This document shows, one piece after another, positions 55,169 through 60,759 of a DNA stretch of 64,000 bases. The translations under genes were made by a program, and so were the position numbers. The notes under the pieces are model-generated. The model did no database searches. It worked only from the letters and a program-made list of their open reading frames with translations, and had not been told where the DNA came from. The stretch lies in the NCBI RefSeq assembly GCF_006345805.1, contig NC_043005.1, forward strand, positions 90,396,001-90,460,000, read 5' to 3'. How positions within the stretch are numbered: position 1 is the stretch's first letter; each line of letters opens with the position of its first letter. The DNA comes from Octopus sinensis (taxonomy: Eukaryota).

Positions 55169-58100
55169 GTTACATTACTCGGTAGTCAAGATAAAACTCT
55201 GAGTTTCAGATGCCGAAGTGGAAATCCACAACACCATCTCTTCGGTTATCTGGCTATTTGAAAACGCTATGAAAAAATACCGTTAAATAAAGGGAAATTA
55301 CTGTGTTATAACTCTGCTTGCCTGCGTACTTATACGGCATCTGAAACTCAGAGTTTTATCTTGACTACCGAGTAATGTAACATATTATTGTATAGATAAA
55401 TTTCCTCTATTTACATAATATTGAGGTCTCTTTCTTTCTTTTGTTATCTTACCGTTTTATCAATATATATATATGTATATATGTATGTATGTGTGTATAT
55501 GTTTGTATGTCTGTGTTTACGTCCCCGTAACTTAGCAGTTCAGCAAAAGAGACCGATAGAATAAGTACTCGGCTTCCAAAGAATAAGTCCTGGGGTCGAT
55601 TTGTGCTACTAAAAGCCGGTGCTCCAGCATGGCCACATTCAAATGACTCAAACAAGTAAAAGAGAAAAAAAAAAAGAACAGTTCGTAGCCACCCAGCTTT
55701 AAAGAATGTCATGTAGAAGAAATACAGTCCGCCACTAACTGCTTCCAATATAGGTTAGTTGACAAGATCAAAGTGGAAACCATGAAACCTAGAATAAGAA
55801 AACTAAAGCTGCTGCCTCTCTGAAGCAGTTTTAGTTGTTGTCACTTTGACCTCAATCAGTATCTTAAAAATAAAGAAGGATACGTTAGATGATGTATTTC
55901 GTTTTGGGATTTGGTTTGCAAGATTCTTTATGTGAGTATGTGTGTTGAAGCATATTTTGTTGTGTCTGGGGAGAGTCATTACTTAACACACTCATGACTT
56001 TGATTTTCACTCATTTACTTATTTATTTTTCTAAAATTTTCGTTGCGTCTTGCAACCTTTTCAATAAGTAAATGAATGAAAATCAGACTGGTGAGTGTGT
56101 TAAATTGTAAGGCACTAAAAGAGAATGACTCTCCCCAGACACAACAGAATTAGATGATGTAGTTTGGGGTAGATAATCTGAAAATAAGATGGGGTGGTCA
56201 TAGATGGAATACTTTGATCAAAGATTATTTGATCAGCTAAGTAGCAATTTACAAAAAAATACTTTGTTGGATTCTCATGATTCCATACGAAGATGAAGAT
56301 TTCGTTTTGGTGTTGGTGGCCATGGCAGTACTGTCTCACTGGTGACTGAAGGTATGTGGCTTTGTGGTTAGAGCATTTGGCTCACGATCATAAGAACATG
56401 AGTTTGATTCCAGGCGGCGTATTATGTCCTTGAGCAAGACACTTTATTTCACATTGCTCCAGTCCACTCAGCTGGCAACGGTGAGTTGTACCTGTAATTC
56501 AATGGGGGCCAGCCTTGTCACATTCTGTGTCACACTGAATCTCTGTGAGAACTATATCATGGTTCCATGTGTCTGTGGAGTGCTCGTGTTAATTTCAGAA
56601 GCAGGTTGTTCTGTCGATTGAATCACCTGGGACCCTCATCATCGTAATTGATGGAGTGTCAGACTCATGGTGATATAAGCAGTTTCAGTCATTTCTAATA
56701 TTCTATGAAAAACATGTCTGTCCATGGGGAAATATTATCTTGCTTGGAAACAGGTAAAGGTTTGTGACAGAAAGAGCATCCAACCATAGAAAGTATGCTT
56801 CAGTGAACTTTGTTTCATGCAAACATGGAAAAGTGAACTTTCAAATGATGATGATGATGATGGTGATGGTGGTGACAGTGGTAGTAATGGTGGTGGCAGT
56901 GGAGGAAGCGAAGGAGCTGGGGGGAGGACACATGCTCAATGAACCACATAGTGAGACCAAACCTGAAGCCTTTGACAACTTTGACAAGCAAAGTTCCCAA
57001 CCATACCTGGATGTATTCTCAGATATTTAATATATTTCAGAATTGTTAGCACACTGGATGAAATACTTTGTGGCATTTTGTCCATCTTTATGTTCTGAGT
57101 TCAAATGGCACCAAGGTTGACTTTGCCTTTTTATCTTTTCAGAGTTGATGAAATAAGTACCAGTTGAGCACTGGGGTTTTTGTAATTGATTTTCTCCCCT
57201 ACCCCAAAATTGCTGGCCTTGTGCCAAAATTTAAAACCAATTTATTTCCTTTACCCTTTCTTTTCAGTCGACAAAGTGTCAGACACAATGACAGACGTGC
57301 CCCACATCCCATTAATTATAGAATTAGTTCAGTATTGTTCAATGATTGTGTTTTTGGAAGCTGGGATCACTTCTCCTCACAGAAATCCTGTGACCGTGGA
57401 CTCTGCACTGTTTTTCGCTCCTAAAGTGCAAGTAACATGAAAAAGATTCATTTAGTAATCTCAGCCAAAGTTTTAATCAATAAATAGACACCAGTACTTT
57501 ACTGGTATGTATATTTTTATCTTCACAGATAAAAATCACAGCTGACGTTGGTAGGATTTGAACACAGAATATAAGGGATTGAAACTAAATAATACTCCCA
57601 AAGCATTTTGCTAAATGCTCTAAGCCACAGCCCTTTCGTTATAGCATTAATAATGGTATTGTGTTGTACTTTCAGACCTCGAAGGCCAGCTAGCAACTGG
57701 TTCGCAGTCTCAGATGAACTTGTCGCGTAGTGTACAGTCATTTGGTTTCAAACTTGAAACTGGGAAAAAACTTGAAAAGGAATTCCACATTATTGTCAAG
57801 GTAATTTGTAATTCTATATTCTCTTTTATTGTTCTTCTTTCTTTTTATTTATTTTTTTAAAAAAATTATTATTATTATTATTGTTTAAAGGTGGCATGCT
57901 GATAGAATCCTTAACAGGCCTGGCAAACTGCTTAGCATCATTTCATCCGTCATTACATTCTGAGTTCAAATTCTGCTGAAGTCAGCTTCTCCTTTCATCC
58001 TTTCCAGGTCAATAAATTAAGTACCAGTTGCATATTGGAGGTCGATCTAATCGACTGGCCCCATCCCCCAAAATTTCGGGCCTTGTGCCAAGAGCAGAAA

Positions 58101-58324
58101 AGAATATCTAAGGTGGCAAGCTAGTAGAAATGTTAGCATGCCGAGCGAAATGCTTAGCAGTATTTCATCCATCTTTATGCTCTGAGTTCAAATTCCACTG
58201 AGGTCGACTTTGCCTTTCATCCTTTCAAGGTTGATAAATTAAGTACCAGTGAAACACTGGGGTCAATGTAATCGACTAGTACCTCTCCCCACAAATTTCA
58301 GGTTTTGTGCCTTTATTAGAAAGG

Positions 58325-58365
<41 letters not shown>

Positions 58366-60759
58366 TATTAAGGCAGCAAGCTGGCAGAATTGTTAGCACG
58401 CTGTGCATTATGCTTAGTGGTATTTCATGTCTTTATATTCTGAGTTCAAATTCTGCCGAGGTAATTATTTTACTAAGAGGAAGTGCATGGCTCAGTGGTT
58501 AAGATGTTACACCCATGACTGTAAGATTGTGGTTTCAATTCTTGGACCAGGCAATGTGTTGGCTTCTTGAGCAGAATGCTTCATTTCACATCACTCCAGT
58601 CCATTCAGCTAGCAGAAATGAGTAATCCGATGGACAGGTGTCCCATCCAGAGGCAAGTATGTATGCCAGAGAATCTGGGGAACCAGTTCTTTGAGTCTTA
58701 TATGACTCAGAAAGGAGCTTTCATCCATATTTTATTTTATTGATCTCAGTCACACAAAAGGCAAAGATATTCTTTATGGGATTTGAACTCAGTTTGTATG
58801 GAAACCAAGCTAAATATTATGTGGCTATAATATCATATAAGTCCAAGGTTCCTTTTCTATCATTTTTCTATCACTCCAATGAATAAAATATTCTTTTCTA
58901 CTCTAAGCATAAGACCCGAAATTTTGGGGGAGGGGGCCAGTCGATTAGACCAACCCCAGCACACAACTGGTACTTAATGTATCGACTCTGAATGGATGAA
59001 AGGCAAAGTTGACCTCAGCAGAATTTGAACCCAGAATGTAAAGGCAGATGAAATACCACTAAGCATTTCGCCCAGTATGCTAATGTTTTTGCCAGCTCAC
59101 TGCTTTCCAATGAATAAAATATTGAGATGGCTGTGTGGTTAAGAAGCTTGTTTCCCACCTACACAGTATGGGGATCAATCCCATTGTGTAGAATCTTGGG
59201 CAGGTGTCTTCTACTATAGCCACAAGCTGACCCAAACCTTGGGAGTGGATTTGGTAACTGAAAGAAGCCTAGTGGCCGATGACAGTACCGCGTGATTGGC
59301 ACTTATGCCAGTGGCATGTAAAAAGCACCATTCAAGCATGGTCAATGTCAGTGCTGCCTGACTGGCTCCCATGCCAGTGGCACATAAAAAGCACCATTTG
59401 AGTGTGGTTGATGCCTGTGCCACCTGACTGGCTCCCATGCTGTTGGCACATAAAAAGCACCATTCAAATGTGGTCAATGCCAGTGCCACCTGACTGACCC
59501 TCATGTCGGCGGCACATAAGAAGCACCCACTACACTCTTGGAGTGGTTGGCATTAGGAAGGGCATCCAGCTGTAGAAACTCTTCCAGATCAGATTGAGCC
59601 TGGTGCAGCCTTCTTGTTTGCCAGTCCCTCAGTCAAACCGTCCAACCCATGCCAGCATAGAAAGCGGACGTTAAACGATGATGATATATATATACAGACA
59701 TACATACACACTTATGTTTGTATGTGTGTATGCATGCATGTACATATGTATGTTTGTGCGTGCATGTGTGTCTGTGTTCTTCTCTTGGCATCACTTGATG
59801 GTTTTAAACGAGTGTTACTTCTATAAAAAAAGTCACTCATTTCCAATCATTCATATTTGACCGTGGAGAATATCACCTTGCGAAGAATTAGGTGAGGCTT
59901 GGCAACAGAAATGGCATCTAGACATAAAAAATCTGCCTCAACAAATTCCATCAAATTCATTCAGGCATAGAAAAGTGGACATTTAAACATTGATGATGAC
60001 GTTGTTGATGATGAGACTGGTGATGTTCATTACCAACCTGACTGAAACCGCCTCTGGCTCCGTAGTACAAATGTCTTGTTTTCATAAGTTCTGAATTAAA
60101 ATCTTCCACCAAACCTTAGTCATAATTAATGTTCCTAACACTAGCTGAATGATAACTAAGTTCATCATCATCATCATTTAACGTCCGCTTTCCATGCTAA
60201 CATGGCTTGGACAGTTTGACTGAGGGCTGGCGAACCAGATGGCTGCGCCAGGCTCCAATCTTGATCTGGCAGAGTTTCTACAGCTGGATGCCTTTCCTAA
60301 TGCCAACCACTCTGAGAGTGTTGTGGGTGCTTTTTACGTGCCACTGACACGGGGGCCAGTCAGACGGTACTGGCAATGACCTCGATCGAATCTTTTTACA
60401 CATGTCACCGGCACAGGTGCCAGTAAGGTGATGTTGGTAACGATCCCGCTCGAATGGTGCCCTTTTACGTGCCACTGGCATGGAAGCCAGTTGGCTGCTC
60501 TGATGTTACTAAATTCTTTGTTATATTTAAAATAACTGAGAGAAAAACAGAGCATCTCAAAATAAATACGGTAATGAAAGGGTTAAGCATTTTGTTTTTT
60601 GTGGAACATTCTTACATGACATTCTTCTTGTTTTTCTTTTTCTTTTAGGAACACCCAAATATTTTCCAGCCCATTCACATCACCATTCAAATGGCTTTGG
60701 CTAAAAATGCCACCTGTAAGATATGTCCAATACTAAGGACAAAGACCGTTTTAAAGAAG
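4754..60759 (+). CDS. Integrin alpha subunit, partial multi-exon gene (12 exons in window; N- and C-terminal exons outside it)
   Basis: Manual splicing of 12 AG/GT-flanked exons with compatible phases gives 1418 nt without a stop. FG-GAP and Ca-binding motifs: WLGVNI..TCGHRW, GYAVASG..MGVP, GSYFG..DVNKDGLDDLLVGAP, GARFG..DIDQDGFIDIAIGAPY, GFGISI..DVNNDSCPDFLVGAY..SRPV. Orthology to a named ITGA cannot be assigned. Confidence 0.95.
5044..5785. mobile_element. piggyBac-type MITE of the same family, interrupted by an RTE 3'-UTR insertion (about 5078-5610)
   Basis: TTAA|CCCTTTCG...TGAAAGGG|TTAA; interior matches 51297-51517 in reverse. Confidence 0.8.
6840..7545. repeat. Degenerate (GGT/GAT/GTT)n low-complexity tract
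   Basis: Direct reading; source of the Gly/Val/Thr-rich ORFs at 7068-7445. Confidence 0.85.
9054..9610 (+). mobile_element. Unclassified 560-bp non-coding repeat family D, with (TTA)n-type triplet runs at or near its ends (other copies 29-454+, 25831-26093 plus 27506-27796-, 29768-30242-)
   Basis: Four alignable copies; no TIR, pol III box or ORF found. Confidence 0.8.
11192..11362 (+). CDS. Integrin alpha exon b (TCGHRWKSVF...AGGTSLKYTQ)
   Basis: ttgtag acceptor, gtaagt donor; 171 nt, phase 0 to 0; CxxRW motif. Confidence 0.9.
13880..14933. mobile_element. Probable solo LTR (1054 bp) inserted in (TA)n
   Basis: TGTTA...TATCA termini (TG..CA), ATAT on both sides (weak evidence inside a TA run), CpG-rich, non-coding, unrelated to the flanks. 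Confidence 0.55.
15596..17225 (+). mobile_element. RTE-clade LINE, 5'-truncated, decayed (in-frame TGA at 16393 and 16458), with 3' UTR and (GAT)n tail
   Basis: GVHQGSVLSPLLF, LLYTDD, FRYLGD, WYGHVARM..GRGRPRKTW; tail ..ctaaacgatgatgat. Confidence 0.93.
17490..17548 (-). ncRNA. Minimal type I hammerhead ribozyme candidate, canonical core
   Basis: GTTGTG-CTGAAGA-TGGG...CCCA-GAA-ATGCAT-C-CACAAC: 6-bp stem I, 4-bp stem II base, palindromic stem III, AUC cleavage triplet. Confidence 0.85.
18233..18281 (+). CDS. Integrin alpha exon c (DGQKIIVGVLGRDKYPG)
   Basis: cctgcag acceptor, gtaaga donor; 49 nt, phase 0 to 1. Confidence 0.88.
21579..22027 (+). mobile_element. tRNA-derived SINE family A with internal (TA)n (representative; about 20 full or partial copies, e.g. 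980-1383+, 3040-3428-, 13030-13420-, 21115-21490-, 33355-33690+, 40071-40461-, 53135-53530+, 54943-55664+)
   Basis: A-box-like TGGCTGTGTGG, B-box-like GGTTCAGTCCC, shared body and (GTAAAAGA)n tail across copies. Confidence 0.85.
26094..27505 (-). mobile_element. CR1-clade LINE, 5'-truncated, (TTAAC)n tail, nested in a family-D element
   Basis: NYRPVSLTS, DFAKAFDSV, GVPQGSVLGPLLF, LFADD, VKDLG, YEERL..LEKRRRRGDLI, WNKLP; host halves rejoin as ggggtt|tgaataattc. Confidence 0.92.
27852..28048 (+). mobile_element. 3' end of an R4/Dong-like (REL-endonuclease) non-LTR element with (AAT)n tail
   Basis: EHLQKTALLGTTQILRMVLEK* (27882-27947) matches the QKxxLLGTxxILRxVL C-terminus as I recall it. Confidence 0.6.
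28312..28410 (+). mobile_element. Second R4/Dong-like C-terminal fragment
   Basis: HLENIPGGPCPRKIQKIMLTSIAHILRKT. Confidence 0.5.
30320..30406 (+). CDS. Integrin alpha exon d (GIILFPNVEPNPDGKPMLLSSNIDNNYAG)
   Basis: poly-T plus tctag acceptor, gtaagt donor; 87 nt, phase 1 to 1. Confidence 0.88.
30535..30825. repeat. About 290-bp fold-back palindrome (1-nt loop at 30680); each arm carries a decayed hammerhead-like motif
   Basis: Arms are reverse-complementary base by base from the centre (gtgc-t-gcac) to aataattgc/gcaattatt, apart from an internal mismatch block of about 11 nt and scattered substitutions. Confidence 0.92.
32676..32715 (-). ncRNA. Minimal type I hammerhead ribozyme candidate
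   Basis: ATGTC-CTGAAGA-A-GGG(CTCTTCAT)CCC-GAA-ATAT-A-GAAAT; stem I has one G-A mismatch. Confidence 0.7.
34789..34950. repeat. Inverted repeat, 72-bp arms, 18-nt loop
   Basis: tttattgagttagaaaagagag...cattcaccaa / ttggtgaat...ctcttttctaactcaataaa. Confidence 0.9.
35652..35886 (+). mobile_element. SINE family B (representative; about 18 copies, e.g. 4329-4559-, 19125-19352+, 37020-37230+, 57890-58325+, 58880-59105-)
   Basis: Recurrent GGCGAGCTGGCAGAA..GAGTTCAAATTC..GGTCGACTTTGCCTTTCATCCTTTC..ATTAAGTACCAG. Confidence 0.85.
35906..36240 (+). mobile_element. tRNA-derived SINE family C (second full copy 45879-46216; related heads at 18897, 56350, 58484, 63726 and on the minus strand near 21080, 33165, 47770)
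   Basis: A box TGGCTCAGTGG (35915-35925), B box GAGTTCAATTCC (35958-35969). Confidence 0.85.
37368..37450 (+). CDS. Integrin alpha exon e (GYAVASGKFFNNKYEYYVMGVPRNGSGA)
   Basis: ttttag acceptor, gtaagt donor; 83 nt, phase 1 to 0. Confidence 0.92.
37635..40065 (+). mobile_element. RTE-clade LINE, 5'-truncated, 564-aa open RT region, 3' UTR and (GAT)n tail
   Basis: KAPGPSG, YKGKGD..NYRGIKLL, DLEKAFDRV, GVHQGS, LYADD; premature TAA at 39401. Confidence 0.95.
40464..43175 (+). CDS. Penelope-like RT + GIY-YIG polyprotein (stop-free frame of 903 codons; no ATG start, the ORF track begins it at GTG 40857)
   Basis: The frame extends upstream of 40857 without a stop (..VVTIPPDLPLSAAERSVLGRGLRFIP..) to the TAA at 40461-40463. 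Confidence 0.88.
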   Translation, partial: LRKLQSLFHSTLPDATTPTPPPPFSPPDRLHPPTPNPTAPPDRLHPPTPNPTAPPNHPHTPPQSLPLRPPRDLPPLLLLFHHPSPLPSVVTIPPDLPLSAAERSVLGRGLRFIPLTPSCKEFQTRVDVHSFVRRVRLGAHYHDSPPTPNEEDCFTGLGRRPSPWTPAPGQILAVDLFAGACQRALERFNFSRRQRRLNISPAELLALRSLQRRADIIIKPADKGGAVVVWRAELYRAEAFRQLNDTSFYSPLPSNPTRSYQQMVSSTVHDLISSSHLPRTASNLIVRTPRTPTIYFLPKIHKPNNPGCPIVSACNCPTELISKYLDRVLAPLVASLPSHIHDTNHALRLFNSFSFPPGSSKILFTMDIQSLYTVIPHHEGLQALRHFLDLRSNPVPDTSTLIRLAELVLTLNCFSFAGKFYHQVSGVAMGTRMGPNYANLFVGYVEAQIFSNFTGPTPELYGRYIDDIIGATSLFREHLDSFLSFVQSFHPALHFTSTISNTSVSFLDISVSILHSTLTTSIHYKHTDSHSYLNFSSSHTEHTKLSIPYSQYLRLRRLCSDDHDFETQSQRMAHHFTLRGYPLTTIHTALARARSVDRVSALSPRTRPVVSRLPFPLTYHPTTLRLQRTILRAFRHLQSDPSTSHLFPNRPLPSFKRAHNLRDLLVHSSFPDPTYQPGSFPCSRPRCRTCPYLSNTTRLTSTHHRPYPIIHSFTCTSSNIIYCISCSLCNSLYIGQTGRRLADRFAEHLRDIHLANDTPVSRHFRSTGHSLQHLSVFGLSLHRGHPDSRLRREQELIFSLRSYTPFGLNSPPPPPHLSFPPDPYFFSPSSFHPFFPLSPSLLPSSPSLCSLTPSLPFSLPLFPPSSPSSPSFSPILSSPSPPLLSPSPSSPHYTTRLYTSHHI
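43640..43677 (+). ncRNA. Hammerhead-like motif in the PLE pLTR, core variant CUGUUGA (A6U)
   Basis: TCTTT-CTGTTGA-A-GAGC(GTAG)GCTC-GAA-ACGT-T-AAAGA, 465 nt downstream of the PLE stop codon. Confidence 0.72.
45055..45114 (+). CDS. Integrin alpha exon f (VLIIDETNHIVQRLQSESKE)
   Basis: ttttcag acceptor, gtgagt donor; 60 nt, phase 0 to 0; fills the expected gap between blades 4 and 5. Confidence 0.82.
46755..47135 (-). mobile_element. tRNA-derived SINE family E with (CAAA)n tail
   Basis: Minus strand GGAGGCGCAATGGCCCAATGGTTAGGGCAGCGG...GGTTTCGATTCCC. Confidence 0.8.
47982..48122 (+). CDS. Integrin alpha exon g (IGSYFGMKLCVADVNKDGLDDLLVGAP...SDGK)
   Basis: gccag acceptor, gtttgt donor; 141 nt; textbook FG-GAP repeat with DxNxDG loop. 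Confidence 0.96.
49164..49266 (+). CDS. Integrin alpha exon h (KLQKKLVLFGDKEEGARFGSTMTLIGDIDQDGFI)
   Basis: tttcag acceptor, gtaagc donor; 103 nt, phase 0 to 1. Confidence 0.95.
49514..49726. mobile_element. Second piggyBac-type MITE family
   Basis: (G)TAA|CCTTTTAGC...CGCCAAAGGG|TTAA. Confidence 0.55.
50391..50717 (+). promoter_or_regulatory. 327-nt pyrimidine-rich, AG-free tract forming the 3' splice site of exon i
   Basis: No AG between 50388 and the acceptor at 50716-50717; built from TCATCTTTCATCTCTC units. Confidence 0.75.
50718..50909 (+). CDS. Integrin alpha exon i (DIAIGAPYENNQEGAIYIY...DVNNDSCP)
   Basis: ccccag acceptor, gtatga donor; 192 nt, phase 1 to 1. Confidence 0.95.
51297..51517. 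mobile_element. piggyBac-type MITE (221 bp)
   Basis: TTAA|CCCTTTCGTTAC...GTAACAAAAGGG|TTAA. Confidence 0.85.
52201..52818 (+). repeat. Stand-alone RTE 3'-UTR copy with an expanded array of about 66-bp units (7 units); about 15 other stand-alone 3'-UTR copies in the window
   Basis: AAAAAGCACC core recurs near 52243, 52310, 52377, 52441, 52508, 52583, 52648; same terminal sequence as the RTE tails at 17040-17225 and 39890-40065. Confidence 0.85.
52873..53079 (+). CDS. Integrin alpha exon j (DFLVGAYLSNQVRLLFSRPV...IPPKI), end of propeller and start of thigh
   Basis: ttttcag acceptor, gtaagg donor; 207 nt; DxxVGA..SRPV and thigh C..C pair. Confidence 0.95.
54020..54319 (-). mobile_element. 3' end of a second, older RTE family
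   Basis: Manual translation: [45 protein letters not shown]...ALCSLRSNMD*. Confidence 0.75.
55162..55388. repeat. Perfect 54-bp inverted repeat (55162-55215 / 55335-55388), 119-nt spacer, inserted in the (TA)n of a SINE
   Basis: Arms checked base by base. Confidence 0.92.
55189..55251 (-). ncRNA. Hammerhead-like motif, core variant CCGAAGA (U4C) with extended stem II
   Basis: AGATAA-CCGAAGA-GATG...GTGG(ATTT)CCAC...CATC-T-GAA-ACTCAGAGT-T-TTATCT. Confidence 0.65.
55954..56150. repeat. Nested inverted repeats (27-bp outer, 41-bp inner arms)
   Basis: 55954-55980/56124-56150 match 26 of 27; 55983-56023/56063-56103 match with a short mismatch block. Confidence 0.85.
56031..56068 (-). ncRNA. Hammerhead-like motif, U3-A8 core (UUGAAAA), weak stem I
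   Basis: TTA-TTGAAAA-G-GTTGC(AAGAC)GCAAC-GAA-AATT-T-TAG, in the loop of an inverted repeat. Confidence 0.5.
57676..57800 (+). CDS. Integrin alpha exon k (DLEGQLATG...FHIIVK), thigh domain
   Basis: tttcag acceptor, gtaatt donor; 125 nt, phase 1 to 0; stop-free and in frame. Confidence 0.8.
60025..60582. mobile_element. piggyBac-type MITE of the same family, interrupted by an RTE 3'-UTR insertion (about 60162-60500)
   Basis: Interior nearly identical to 51297-51517; right end GAAAGGG|TTAA; left TIR decayed. Confidence 0.75.
60649..60759 (+). CDS. Integrin alpha exon l (EHPNIFQPIHITIQ...CKICPILRTKTVLKK), thigh domain
   Basis: long polypyrimidine plus ttag acceptor, gtaaat donor; 111 nt; PI and PIL thigh motifs. 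Confidence 0.85.
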
